64,000 nucleotides of DNA from Eledone cirrhosa (lineage: Eukaryota). The notes beneath the pieces are model-generated. The model was not told where the DNA came from and ran no database searches. It worked only from the letters and a program-made list of their open reading frames with translations. The position numbers and the translations under genes are program-made. Within the stretch, counting starts at the first letter, position 1; the number at the start of each line of letters is the position of its first letter. Location of the stretch: the NCBI GenBank assembly GCA_964016885.1, contig OZ024740.1, forward strand, positions 242,730,001 through 242,794,000, in the 5' to 3' direction. Positions 13,341 through 26,872 of this stretch are shown piece by piece.

Positions 13341-13895
13341 GGGGACATAGAAATAGTCAAGCTGGACACCCGATCGCGCGGTTAAACCACTGGGAGTGAA
13401 GGAACCCTAGCCTTTCTCAGGGCATTCTTCTAGGAGAAGGCAACTCAGGAAACTGGGATAATTTTGATATAAAACCTGCGGCTCAGTAGGTACCGTTGAT
13501 GTTGATCTTTTCTTCTTTTCAGGTTATAGCTACTGTCACTCAGAGAGTGGGATTGGCTCAGTGCACAGTTTTTCCTTACTTTAAAAAATATTTTCACGCA
13601 CAGGCATTGCATGATAGAATTAATTAATAATTATTAATAATTGTTTCTACGTTAGGCACAAGGCCAGCAATTATCCAGTGCATTACTGGTACTTTATTTT
13701 ATCGACCCCGTAAGGATGAAAGGCAAAGTCAACCTCGGTGGGATTTGAACTCAGATCGTAAAGGGACGTAACTATGCTGGAAAGCATGGCGTCCGACCCT
13801 CTACCGATACTGCCAATCCACCGCCCTTTAATAATTATTAATAATGGTATATCGTGCAATGGCCATACTCGATAACGAGGGGGCAGCCATCATCC
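13341..13895 (+). mobile_element. Non-autonomous bipartite RTE-derived element (family B), interrupted by an S1 SINE
   Basis: Colinear with the reverse complement of 30333-30684; ends ggccatactcga.aacgag..ggcagcca.c before (TATG)n, as at about 17120-17150. Confidence 0.7.
13642..13826 (-). mobile_element. S1 SINE with 18-bp TSD
   Basis: Full S1 copy flanked by ttaataattattaataat at 13624-13641 and 13828-13845. Confidence 0.9.
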
Positions 13896-14112
13896 TATAT
13901 GTATGTATGTATATGAATCCATTTGTGTATATAGTGCATGTTCAATACTGTCTATACATTTGTAAATAAAGCCCGTCATATCCTTGAGTAATTAAATTCA
14001 GGAATGTCTGCAGGATCACCCATGTTCTTTACATGACTCAGTGTACCAAGGCAATAGGCATGTATCTATGATATTCAACTCTAAGATATAACAAAAGAGG
14101 TTCTGTTTTTAT

Positions 14113-14698
14113 ATCATCATCAGCATCCCCATTTTACGTCCGTTCTTCCATGCTAGCATGGGTTAGACGGGTTGTCCTGTTGTGGGCAGTGTCTGGTCGG
14201 CTGACCATGCCTTGCTCATACGGGAACTGATTTTGGCTTCATTTCTACAGCTGGATGCCCTTGCTAACACCAACCTCATTTACAGTGAGTGCTGGGTGCT
14301 TTTTCCGTGGCGCCTATACGTCCACTTTACAGTGTGGCCTGGGTGCTTTTTTGCTGTGGCACCTCCACGACCACCTTGCGGTGGGGTGTGTGGGGGCATA
14401 TTGTCTATATGCTTCAGCTTGTACCCATGGGAGGTCGGGTACTCTGTATTACTGTGTGACGCCAGAGGTCACGGTCGTGTGTCATCGCCTTTGAGAGGTG
14501 TAATTGGGTAAGGTCAGCATTTATAACCTCATCCCAGGTCTTCTTGGGTCTCTCCACTCCGCAGTTTCCATTGACTTCTAGTGCTCTGCACCTTTTTATG
14601 CAGCTGTCATCCTTCATTCGCATCACATGTCCATACCAACGCAACCGCCTCTCCTGCACACAGCATTTGATTCCTCTTATGCTCAGTCTCTCTCTCAA
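14113..14698 (-). mobile_element. 5'-truncated RTE LINE (R1)
   Basis: C-terminus RRLRWYGHVMRM...GVERPKKTW plus 3' UTR and (GAT)-type tail. Confidence 0.9.
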
Positions 14699-14735
14699 TA
14701 TAAGATAGACAATGAAAATACTATAGTAAGCTTAA

Positions 14736-14943
14736 CCCTTTAGCATTTAAACTCGTCATATCTGGCCAGAATTCTCTCACCGCTTTCTGTTCAAACTGGC
14801 TGTAACTGGCAGCTCATACTAATGTTAAGGTATTGTTCTCAAAATAGATAACATGAAAATCTCATAGATTCGATATTATGTGAAATAAAGTGTTTACTGT
14901 GAAAATACAATAGTAAATATAGAGTAATGTAAATGCTAAAGGG
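14736..14943 (+). mobile_element. piggyBac-like MITE (family M1), 208 bp
   Basis: TTAA at 14732-14735 and 14944-14947; perfect TIRs CCCTTTAGCATTTA / TAAATGCTAAAGGG. Confidence 0.85.
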
Positions 14944-15068
14944 TTAATAGATGTTTTCTTTGTATACTTCCCCAACAAAAGACATAATAAATAATAATAA
15001 TTCTGGCACAAAGCCAAAAATTCGAGAAAAGGATAAAGTTAATTAAATCAATCCCAGTGCTATACTGG

Positions 15069-15140
15069 TACTTTATTTTATACTTTATTTTATACTTTAT
15101 TTTATACTTTATTTTATACTTTATTTTATACTTTATTTTA
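15069..15140. repeat. 12-bp minisatellite (TACTTTATTTTA)x6 inside an old S1-like SINE
   Basis: Unit matches the S1 segment ctggTACTTTATTTTAtc; the flanks continue the SINE. Confidence 0.9.
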
Positions 15141-15705
15141 TCTGCAAGCAGGGAAAAGCAGACAAAATGATGAATCCCAGAAGGCAAAGTTGATCTCAGT
15201 GGGATTTGAACTCAGAAAGTAAAGAGCAGTAACTAAATATCACAACGCATTTTGTCCAACACTGTAATGATTCTGCCAATCCACATTTATTTAATTATCT
15301 CTAATATGTAGTATCTGAGGTGATGGTTGATTGGTTTGATGTCAATTGTCACAATTTACATAGAGAGCGAGAGAGGAAAAGAAGAAGGTTGCTTAACAGG
15401 AGGCATGCAACACACAGACACACACTCTCTTTATCTCTCTTTCAAACATGCACTCACAAATGTTGTCTGCTGAGCCTACTGCAAATCTGTGCACATTTAT
15501 TTTTCACTTTGTTATTATTATTTTTCATGAATGAAATATACACATATGAAAATTTATATTCCTTTTCTCAATTTCTGTTTTATTTTCCTTTTTTTCTCAA
15601 ATCATTGCTTCTTTAGTACTATATGTATAGTGTTTTAGGATGTGGAAAATACAGGTGTAATGAATTCATTTATTTATTTTTACCAGTATATTTATACATT
15701 CATTA

Positions 15706-15888
15706 TTGGCAGTATCGGTAGAGGGTCAGACATGCTTTCCAGCGTTGTTACGTCCCTTTACGATCTGAGTTCAAATCCCGCCGAGGTTAACTTTGCCTTT
15801 CATCCTTACGGGGTCGATAAAATAAAGCACTCGATAAAGTAATGCACTGGGTAATTGCTGGCCTTGTGCCAAAAGTAGAAACAATTAT
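15706..15888 (+). mobile_element. S1 SINE
   Basis: Same sequence as other S1 copies; slightly 5'-truncated. Confidence 0.85.
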
Positions 15889-16398
15889 TTATTTATCTAC
15901 TTTCACCTACAGTGGTAAAAGTATACTCTCAAATATTATCTGTCATCTGACAGGTAGCACTCTAGCAAAAATAATAATTTTCCATGTATAACATGTATCT
16001 GCAATCAGGCTTCACTGTAAATAGCTGAATAAGAAAAGAATTTTAACTTGATATTTTGATATACCTGTCTACCACTAATACAAAGAAGATGTTGGTGTTA
16101 TTGTTGTTTTGTATGTTTTACAGTTTTGGCAACATATAGAATGAATTGTTTTTTTTTATTTTGTTTCCTGATCATTTCTTTTGCATGCCAAACCAAATCT
16201 CTGAGACACAACCATGTATTTATGAACAAAACAACAATATAAGAAAAGTTCTAACAGAAAAAATTTATAGAATAATTGTGTAAAGCTCTCAGCAAGCAAT
16301 TCGATTTATATTAAAAGACAGCACAGCATAAAGAAACATTGAGTATATACAATTTGGAAAATTCTGGGTGATGGTTATGTGAGGTTTGAAATTGGCAG

Positions 16399-16434
<36 letters not shown>

Positions 16435-16584
16435 TTGTCCATAATTAAGTGATTGTTTGAAACTCTTTATAAATATTAAGCTTATATGAAAATGTGTTTT
16501 ATCAACAAAATCAAAAGCATATACACTTTTGGCTATATGTCAACAGATGAGAAAAAGCATCCAAAATTTTTTTCTTATACATTA

Positions 16585-16783
16585 TGTATGTGTGTATGTA
16601 TGTCTGTATGTATGAATGTATGTATGTATGTATGTGTGCATGTATGCCTGCATGTATGTATGTATGTTTGTATGTGTGTATGTATGTATGTATGCCTGCA
16701 TGTATGTATGTATGTATGTATGTATGTATGTATGTATGTATGTATGTATGTATGTGTGTGTATGTATGTATGCATGTATGTAT
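16585..16783. repeat. (TATG)n compound microsatellite
   Basis: Direct observation. Confidence 0.95.
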
Positions 16784-16785
16784 GA

Positions 16786-17152
16786 AGGAAAACTCTGATA
16801 TAACACCTGCAACCCTGATGGTATCCAATGATGTTGACTTGTTCTTCTTTTTGGTAAATATCATCTTGGTTAAGAGAGTGGGACTGGCTTTGTGCAGTGC
16901 CTTTGCTCACTATAAAAGCTTTACGGCACAGGTATTGCTTTGTATCTGGAGATCTCTCTGCACTTGTCGTCACATGGTACCATGGGCCCATCATTATGTG
17001 TCAATAATTGTCACAAGTGTAGTGTTTGTACCAGAGTTTTCAAGTCGCTGGCTGAACTAAAAAGTCACACTCGTTCAGCGCATCGGTAGGGGTTCTCCTA
17101 CATGGATATAAAGTAGTGGCCATACTCGAAAACGAGTTGGCAGCCACCATGT
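16786..17152 (+). mobile_element. Longer family-B-related RTE derivative retaining a C2H2 finger
   Basis: 5' part similar to 13450-13610; then HKCSVCTRVFKSLAELKSHTRSAHR* (C2H2) and the shared 3' end ggccatactcgaaaacgagttggcagccacc. Confidence 0.6.
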
Positions 17153-19032
17153 AAGTATGTATGTAAGATTATTTGAAAGTCTTCTGAAAAACTAAAGAAA
17201 CAACAACAGAAACACCATAAACCGCATCATCAAACCAAGCAACTAACTTTGATGAGTGGAAATACTAAATTTTTAAATACAAGTTGACAAAATTGACTTA
17301 AGTATCTGAAAGACAAGTTATAAATTATAATTTATAACTTTTCCACAAAGACAGAAATTTACAGTAAAAGTTAAAGATGTATATTTGATTGACTCAACAC
17401 ATTTATATAATTGCTACTTATTTTATTAATTAAGGGGTGGAAAGCAACATTTAGGAAGGGTATCCAGGTGTAGAAATCAAGCCAAAATCAGTTTCCATAT
17501 GAGCAAGACAAGGTCAGCCAACCGGGCACTACCCACAACAGGACAACCGGTCTAACCCATGTTAGCATGGAAGAATGGATGTAAAACGGTGATGATAATA
17601 CTGGAGGAATTGAATTCAGACTGTAAAAAGCCAGTAGAAATACTGCTACATACTTGTCCAGTACTCTAATGACTAATAAATACAAATCATAGACAAAATA
17701 TTTGGATTCTTCTGTCTCCATAATCACAAATTACAATCACCAGTATAAATGGAAAAGGCAGAAAATCTACAGGTCACACATAGACAACTAATCTAGAAGT
17801 CAAGTAACTCTAAGCTTAAAAAGAAACAAACAAACATGGCTACTTTGCACCATAGACAGGGGTATGAATGCCACATCACCTTTCTCTCCTATTATTTTAA
17901 TATTTTTCAAATGGAGAAGGAAGAATAATAGGAGTAGGAAGCAGGTGTGGAACCTTTACAAGAATCTGCATAAAACATAAATCAATTACAAGAGTTAGAG
18001 AAATAGAGAAACTTTTATCATGAGCAAAATGTGTGCTTATCAAAAAAAAAAAAAGAAGAAAAAATATTTCCACTAAAGGTTTTATGAAAACAATTTTGGA
18101 AGAAAGGGTTATTGGCTTCATTTCCTCACCTTTCTTTTTTGTAAAATAAAGTGAAGATAATTATACACTTTAGTTCTAGAGAAGTTGCAATAAGGGAAGG
18201 ATGCATTTCTCATGATAAGCCAGTTCAGAAGAAACAATTTTCTATTTCCAAAATCATCTAATTGACTCTATTTTTGCTTTGTTTTTTTTTTCATCATTAG
18301 TACCCCTCTGTTACTTTATTTTTAACTAAATTTATATGAGATATTTTTATTTAAATGTTTATTGTATCTTTTACTTTTTAAAAAATTACTTTGATGTCTG
18401 ATCTCACACAATTGATTGATTTTTACACTGACCTCTATAATTAGTGGACATTTTCCAAAAATTCTTCTCTTTTATTTCCTTAAAATAATTTGCACAGTTC
18501 AAGATATCTATGTTTTCTCCTTCCATTTCCTCTATTTCTTGAAACATATTTTCTTATTCTCCTCTATTTCTGGTTTGTTAGCAGCAAGAATTGCAACTTT
18601 TCTTCTGAATTAAATATTTCTTCTTCATGTAAAAGTAAGATTTATTTATCATGCGGAGAAGATAAATGCCTGAGGCAAATATAACTCTATATTCGATTAT
18701 CATTGAGAGTTAATGTTGCAAGCTACTTTAACTATCGATAGATAATCTGCATAAATTAATTCTGAAACAACAACAAACAACAACAAAAGAGCCCAAATAC
18801 TGAAGAAGGAGAATCATATAAAAAAGCATATCTAAATGTAACTTTTAGAAGGTGATGAAGTGCACTGATGTAAAATTACATTTCTGTTGCCGCATGCTAA
18901 AATTGGTGCATTGAATTAAAATACACAACTTCAAACTAGTAAAGCAGTAGCACAGCAATGTGTAATATTTGGTTGAATCTCATTAAAGGTTTTGCCGAAG
19001 TATCTGAAAGGTAAACTAATTAGACTAATGTA

Positions 19033-19272
19033 GACTGGGTAATTGCTGGCCTTGTGCCTAAAGTAGAAACAATTATTATTATTGGTGGATTAGCAGTATC
19101 AGTAGAGGGTCGGATGCCATGCTTTGCAGCATAGAGTTACGGCCTTTTATGTTCTAAGTTCAAATCCCGCCGTAGTTAACTTTGCCTTTCATCCTTACGG
19201 GGTCAATAAAATAAAGTACCAGTAATGCACTGGGGTAATTGTTGGCCTTGTGCCAAAAGTAGAAACAATTAT
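19033..19272 (+). mobile_element. S1 SINE preceded by an extra S1 3'-end fragment
   Basis: ctgggtaattgctggccttgtgcctaaagtagaaacaattatt at about 19035-19080, then a near-full copy. Confidence 0.8.
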
Positions 19273-19977
19273 CATTTTCATCATCTTTTTTAAGTCTATA
19301 TTTCTATGCTTGTATGGGTTAAATAAAATCCTTTTTCTGGCAAGTTTTCTACAGCTGGATGCCCTTCTTGATGACAGCCAACAATATAAAAACTAAGAGG
19401 ATTTTATTGGATCACATGAATGTAAAATGGGGTATAGGTAGATTTTCCTTGTAAAAGAAAAAAAACTTATAAAAGTCAATATCAACATGATTTCAATATC
19501 ATACTTGCTTTTTTTAATGTGTTCCAGCAAATTTCAACCCAAGTTAGTAAACTAAATACAGCATAGCATCATACCCAAATAACTTATTCTAATATACCCA
19601 CATCATCATCAACATCGTTTAACGTCTATTTTCTATGCTAACCATAGGTTAGACGGGTTTGTCCCATTAGAGGCTAGTTGGGTCAGGTGACCATGTCTTG
19701 CTCATATAGGAGTGTTTCTAGCTAAATTTCTATGGCTGGATGCCCTTCCTAACGCCAACCACATTTACATTGTGCGCTGAGTGCTTTTTGTTGTGTCTCC
19801 TACATGACCACTTTACAGTGTGGGCTGGATGTTTTTGATTACCAACATAACTTTACAGTATAAGGGTGGTGTGTGCAGAAGTGAGAGGGTGGTGTAGGAG
19901 TTTAGGGGTGTATGGAAGGGGGTATAGTAAATTAAGAGGTGCCTACTGAGTGTATGTTTGAGTCCTTGAATAATAAC

Positions 19978-20010
<33 letters not shown>

Positions 20011-20011
<1 letters not shown>

Positions 20012-21012
20012 GGAAGAGGTCTTATCAGCATAGAGGACTGTGTTCAGATGGAGAAAAACAACCTATACAAATACGTGACCTATAGTAAGGAGCCAATGCT
20101 CAGAGCTGTACTGAAGGAGGGGACAGTAGGCCAGGGGATACCCAAGGAGGAAATAACATCAAGGAGGAAGAGCAGCCTTAAGGGAAAATCCCTTCATAGT
20201 ACCTTCTTTGAGAAAACTGAATTTAGAGATCCACAGACATGGAACTGGTTGAGAAGAGGAGACCTCAAAAAGGCTACAGAAGGAATGCTAATGGCTGCGC
20301 AGGAGCAGGCCCTCAAAACGAAGTGGTTGAAGCACCATATCTACAAGGAGGAGGCTAGCCCACTGTGCAGGATCTGTGGAGAGAGAGAGGAGACTGTGGC
20401 TCACATTGTGTCCGAGTGTAAACACCTAGCCCAGACCCACTATAAGGGCTGGAGACACGATGTGATGGGCAGGGTGATCCACTGGCACCTGTGCAAAGTA
20501 AACAATCTACCACATTCTGAGAAATGGTATGAGCATAGGCCAGCGGCGGTGATGGAGAACAGTCGGGTGAAGGTGCTGTGGGATTTTAGGATACAGACGG
20601 ACAAAAAACTGGAACACAATAGACCTGACCTGGTGGTTGTGGACAAAGAAAAAAGATTGTGCCTGATTGTGGATGTGGCCTGCCCGTTCGACACGAGAGT
20701 GCAAGAGAAGGAGAGGGAGAAAATTAACCGATACCAGGACCTAAAGTGGGAGGTGAAAAGGATTTGGAACTGCCATGAAGTCAAAGTGATCCCGATTGTC
20801 ATAGGCGCACTGGGGACTATCTCCAAAGGTTTCCAGGGATGGTTAAAGAAAATCGGCCCCTTCACGCTTTTTGGAACGCTTCAAAAGGCATGCTTGCTTG
20901 GAACGGCAAGAACCCTCCGATACGTCCTGAATATCTGAGGCTGAAGGTAGTGGCTTGATATTCAATCCAACGGACTTTCCAGTTAACCAACATCAATGAC
21001 TGAGATTCAAGG
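20011..21012 (+). mobile_element. 5'-truncated R4/Dong-type LINE (CCHC finger plus restriction-like endonuclease)
   Basis: ORF 20048-20938: GRGL motif upstream, CRICGEREETVAHIVSEC, RHD, RPDLVV, DVACP, EKINRY, IVIGALG; (AAT)n on both flanks, the known Dong target repeat. Confidence 0.9.
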
Positions 21013-21129
21013 AATAACGATAACGATAATAATAATAATAATAGTAATGATAATATTTGAAACTTATCTGATCTTCAAAGAATGGACTCCCAAATGTGAA
21101 AACTCTTTATAACCAACAAAATGCATCAC

Positions 21130-22110
21130 CGTAAGGCAGACGTAGATTTTCCTATCTTTGCCAAGACAAGAAGGAGGAAGAGGGGTAATCCAACTGGAAC
21201 TGTCATACATAATAAATACAATCGGCTTACAAACGTACCTAGGGAGCACTAATGGTGATGTTAGGAAGAGAACATGAAAACCCCAACAAACTTCTTTCAG
21301 GCAGGAAATTACAGGAAAGAACTAAAAACTGGAGACATACACCTAAATAATGAAGCTGATCTAATTTTAAATAAGGCAGCAACAATCCACAGAAGCAAGT
21401 CAAAATCTAGAACATCTAAAAATATTTAAAGAAAAATGGCAACAAAATCCTCTGCACCCAAGATGCTGCCGTAGATCAAGCCGAAACCAACCAAGGACTA
21501 TGAAGTTCAGGATTAAAGGCTTTATTTTTGCTGCCCATGACCAGAGCCTCTTTCCTAGGAATTATCAGGCAAATATTCTCAGAAATGGAGCAGACTCCAA
21601 ATGCAGGATATGTTATGTACAGCTACAAACAATTGGCCATATATCAAGATCCCCTATACTAGCACCAACTGAATGTAAGATTAGACATGATATGGTGGAA
21701 CAACACATCCATTGGATAATATGCAAAACATACAGAAAACTGGTATGAACACAAAGCACCATCAGTAACTGAATCTGAAGATGTAACAATTCCTTGGGAC
21801 TTTATCATTCACACAGATTGCCCTATTAATGCAAACTGCCCTGATACTGATATTATTAGTAAATATTTTTAAAACAAGACCTACTTACTCAATGACATAA
21901 CTGTAATGTCTAATAGAAATGTGTTAATAAAGGAGTATGAAAAATTTGGAAAATATAAAGATCTAGAAATTGAGATAAACAGAATTTGGCACCTTAAAAC
22001 ACAAACTATTCTGGTAGTGATAGGAGCTCTAGGTGTCATAAAGAAAGGTGTTAAGAGTCTTCTAGAAAACATACCTGGTAAACCTAGCATCTATGAAATC
22101 CAAAAATAGT
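21130..22110 (+). mobile_element. Older degenerate R4/Dong-type LINE fragment
   Basis: GFIFAAHDQSL, CRIC, RHD, WDF, EKFGKYKDLEIEI, VVIGALG in broken frames. Confidence 0.8.
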
Positions 22111-22479
22111 TCTATATATAATCTCAACACAATATTTTTCTGTTTATTTTTAATAGTATATTTAATTGATATTTAATACCATTCAAATATCATCAATGCA
22201 AAATTAATTTATATCTTTTATACTCCTTGATGATCCTTTTTATTTCCTCGTACTCTTACCGTTGTATATTTATTTTCCCAATTGTTTTAAAAACTTATTT
22301 ACTTATCAACTTTTATGATGATAAGTGAATGTGAGGATGGAACAATATAAAAAAAAAACTATCAAAAACTAACTAATGGTGTCTGCCCTAACTATCTGGT
22401 TGATACTCAGTAGTTATTGCATATAAAGGGAAATCAAAGGAAATATAATAACAACAATAATAATAATAATTGTTTCTAC

Positions 22480-22740
22480 TGTATCCAGCTGTTCACAGTA
22501 CACATCTGAATTGATGGTCCTGTTTGTGGGAAGAAGTTCATAACAAACAACACCCTTCCTATCCTACCAAATTAGAAGCATAATCTTCTTTGGGTGAAGT
22601 CCTGCTTTGGAGGTTGTTTGTGGTGGTCCTTGGCACTTACCACATCATTGTTTTTGCTTCACATTGTTATAGACGATCCATGTTTCGCTTCCATTTACTA
22701 TTTTCTTCAAAAAGGAATCGATTTTATCACGTTTGATCAG
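22480..22740 (-). mobile_element. Mariner transposase fragment
   Basis: Minus translation FLKKIVNGSETWIVYNN...LHPKKIMLLIW*DRKGVVCYELLPTNRTINSDVYCEQLD matches the mariner TGDEKW..YxN / K.ML.VWWD region. Confidence 0.8.
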
Positions 22741-22765
22741 CCTATGAATGTTTCAGCCAACCCTC

Positions 22766-22812
<47 letters not shown>

Positions 22813-23290
22813 AGTGTGTGCATGTGTTTGTGTCCTCTTTTGTTTGTTTATGACTAATAAAATAAGTACAGACATCAAACTAAATACTTTCAAGGCAGTG
22901 CTCCAGTATGATCACAGTATAATGAGGGAATCTTGTAAAAGAATAATAGAAACAGAATGTCCAAGATGCAGCATCTATTCTTGCCTCTTAGTGGTATATG
23001 AATACACACTGATCTATCGGGCATTTTGTAATGCTTTGCTTCTTTTTTTCTTTTTTCTTTATAGTTCTTATTTATCGTAAATATTTCACCAGTTTGATAG
23101 ATTGGACTTCCTGCAAAACATGTATCCTTGCTCTGGTATTCAACTCTTAGGTTGGGACAAAAATCATCAACAAAATCTTTTTCTGTTAAAACAAATTATT
23201 ACACGCTTTGGGGGAGTTAAATTCCTTAGTGACAGCATATGGGCTTGACAGCCAAAATACATTTTTTCACAAGAAGATTTTAGTCATTAA

Positions 23291-23848
23291 CCCTTTAGCC
23301 TTTACATTACTCTATATTTACTATTGTATTTACGTAGTTATCTCACATAATATCGAATCTATGAGATTTTGATATTATTTGTTTTGAAATAATTGTTTCT
23401 ACTTTTGGCACAAGGCCAGCTATTATCCCAGTGTATTACTGGTACTTTATTTTATCGACCCCATAAGGATGAAAGGCAAAGTTAACCTCGGCGGGATTTG
23501 AACTCAGTCCGTAAAGGGACGTAACTGTGCTGCAAAGCATGGTGTCTTTTGTTTTGAAATAATTGTTTCTACTTTAGGCACAAGGCCAGTAATTACCCAG
23601 TGCATTACTGGTACTTTATTTTATCGACCCCGTAAGGATGAAAAGCAAAGTCAACCTCGGCGGGATTTGAACTCAGATCGTAAAGGGACGTAACTATGCT
23701 GGAAAACATGGCATCCGACCCTCTACCGATACTGCCAATCCATTGAAATAATACCTTAAAATAAGTATGAGTGGCTAGTTACAGCCAGTTTGAACAGAAA
23801 GAGGTGAGAGAATTCTGGCTGGATACAGCCAGTTTAAATGCTAAAAGG
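23291..23848 (-). mobile_element. M1 MITE containing two tandem S1 SINEs
   Basis: TTAA flanks; the internal sequence is the reverse complement of 14736-14943; S1 copies at about 23393-23545 and 23564-23742. Confidence 0.85.
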
Positions 23849-25379
23849 TTAAGTTTTTTTTCCAAGAAACAAAAAATATTTCATGGCAAAACTTAATATT
23901 CGTTAACATAATAAACCAACTAATCTGTTTTGCTTTGTGTTATCTAATTTTTGTTATACACCTATTGTAAAAATAAATATTATACTCACTCCACTCACCC
24001 TGTCCAATTTCATTCTTTTTTTAACTGGGTGATTTGTGAGAGATTTGGCTGCTAATTGTAGCATGTCAGGTGTTCATATAGATATTCTATTGTTGGCTCA
24101 TAACAGTGGTACAATTAAGTGTGGTTTGTTCTATTGTTAGTATCATAAATAAATAGTGAGTGTGGGCTTGTTAATATGTCTGTATGCCAGTTATTGTTGT
24201 TGTTGATATTTTACCACTGTTCAACTCTGATTGAGTAGATTTGGGATGAAAAACATTCCAACCATGAACAACCCAATTTTTTGTAGTATCTTAGAATATG
24301 TTGTATAATGTTTTGTTTTAGATTTTTTTAAAGATAGTAGGGTGTGATTTCCGAAAGATTTGGCTACTACTTCTAGCCATTTGAATGACTGCAAGAAAGA
24401 TCACTCAAAAAAATGTTGTGTACATGCATGTGCCTCTGTGTGTGTGTGTGTGTGTGTGTTACAATTCTAAATTTTCATTTTTGGAAGTAAATGTCTCAGG
24501 GATTTTTATATCCAAGATTATGATGATGATGATGATGATGATGATGATGGTGATGATGGTGATGATTATATGCCTGCACATTTCCATATATGTTTTATCT
24601 GAGTTAAATTGTGCTTTAAATAATTATAATAATCTATTTAAGAAGGTGGATATGGTCCTTATTCACATTTATATGATTGAAATATGTATGACTATGTGCT
24701 TATGTGCTATATGTGTGCATATGAGGTGTTCATATTATGTTTGAGTTTGCTGTATGTATATGCAAATTGTATGTAATAATGCACATAGATAACAGATAAT
24801 TGTGTTCATAAATATATCCTATAATTATATATGTACATAATTCATAAGTGATTAATATAAGCTTTATTGTGATAGAAGTACATTACAAACCTGTATTTAA
24901 AAAATATATAATTATTATGCAGTATACACATATATGTACATTTATGCATACAGGGTACACATATATATACAATTGAATACACACACAAACACCAAATGCA
25001 AGGTAAACAGCAGACAAGAAGAGTAAAAACAGTGAGCACAACACATGGAAAACATAATAGAATGGTTATTATTAGTTTGAACCTTAAATGAAAAAGGAAA
25101 TAAAAATATATCTTTGTTGTTTCAAACATTAGGTCTTCATAATAAAGGGAAGAATACAATAGACTAGAACAGGGAACAAGAGTAGGAGAAAAGTAAAAAG
25201 TAAAAAGAGAAAAAAATGAGGAAAGAGAGAGAAACAAGGAAGACTGTAAAGGAAGAATGGTAGGCATTGAATAGAGAAGTGGGGAGAAGAAACATTGTAG
25301 AGGTGGGGTAAAACTGTGGTCCTTGACGGTGGCATCTGGGGATGTGGACATGTATGTATGCACTTGTTGCACATATGTC

Positions 25380-26345
25380 ATATATGTCCAGTCCAGTGCA
25401 TTTGTGTTCAGATGATGATGAACTTGATACAGGTGATGCTGCAGATCTTCCTGAAGCAGCACATGTGGAGCTCCTTAGGTCAGAATGAAGTGTGGTCCAT
25501 GTGTCACAGCCATAAAGGAGTGTGAGCAGAACCACAGTCTGGTAGAATTGGATCTTAGTGCTCAGCCAAACACTACTTTCTGAGCACAAGTGTTATTACA
25601 GGCATCCCCTCACCCCAAATATAAATGACCCACTGGCCTTGCTGATACATATTGTAACCTCACCATCAATTTTTGCATCCTATGAAATCACTCAACCGAG
25701 AGAGCAGAACTTGTCTATGGCTTTGAATGTTTTATTGTTGATGGTAATGACAGGACTGTTGGAAGTATCCTTGCCCTCTTTATAGTGATGACCAACCCAT
25801 ACCAGACAGTGGACCTGGTAAATTCATCAGCGAAACTCTGAGCATATTCTAAATTATGGGCGATCATATTTCAGTCATCAGCATGGAGAAGATCCTGCAG
25901 CAACTTAAACAGTGTCTTTGTATTGGCCTTTAGTCTATGCTGGTTTAAAATGCTGCCATCCATACAGAATCAGATCATGGTACCCCTACCACGTGGTACC
26001 CCTACCACATTGTGAAGTATTGTGGAGAAAACAATGATAAACAGAAGAGGCTCCATGATACAATCTTGCTTTGTACCATTGTTGAGGAACATCAGTGATG
26101 ATGTTGTTAATCATTTTATTGGGGGAAAAATAGATGATGTTAATAATTCTCCCAAGACATCCAATCTTGGCAAGCAGGGACAAAAAAAAATCTTCCCTAT
26201 AGAGTCAAAAGCCTTAGTGAAACCTATAAATATCATGAAGAGCTCATGGTCCTGGAATACTTTAATACTCAAGTTGGTGCAGGTCATTCTACCTGGAAAC
26301 AAGCTATCAGCCACTAAGGTGTCAAGAAGTACATCAATGGTACTC
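25380..26345 (-). mobile_element. Highly degenerate RTE (BovB-like) LINE fragment
   Basis: FIGFTKAFDSI and LSTKIQFYQTVVLLTLLYGCDTWT remnants. Confidence 0.7.
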
Positions 26346-26613
26346 TCCTCTTGTCTATATGTATTGAGAACTAATTTGTTACCACCAGTAGATTATTCCA
26401 ACAGAAAAACAAGAATACATCTATTGGCACCAGAATGGCTTTATAATAGTCAGGCATTGCCATCACAATTGTTGTCTTCATGATGACGGTAATCATCATC
26501 ATCATCATCATCATTATAATCACTCTTACCAATTGTATGTTATTACTATAACTAATTTCGATGTCTTCTATTACAATTTTATTCATGTCTAGGAAGCTTT
26601 ACAAGAATATTAA

Positions 26614-26872
26614 CTATTTTGATACCAAACTGTCTGAAACCATCCTGATTCTACAATACAATATAAAAAAAAACTGTATGTTTTAAAGTATTCATATTTA
26701 TCTAAAAGTCTTACATCATAATTTTATGTAAAAACCTTTGTTATATTCCAAACATCAGCTTAATAATGAGAAAATTAGTCTTTTTTATTAAATCCATCAA
26801 ATACTTGGTTATTTTCAAAATTATTTTTAAATTATAGGCTGGGACTTTAATTAGAAATTGATAATGAAAGGG
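26614..26872 (-). mobile_element. Old piggyBac-like MITE (M2)
   Basis: TTAA flanks, AAAGGG|TTAA end; reverse-oriented relative of 5281-5512. Confidence 0.55.

Noticed and set aside
25115-25155. Hammerhead remnant (minus ATGAAGA...GAAAC) in a possible old pLTR
   Set aside because: Core and stem II are too decayed to support a call.
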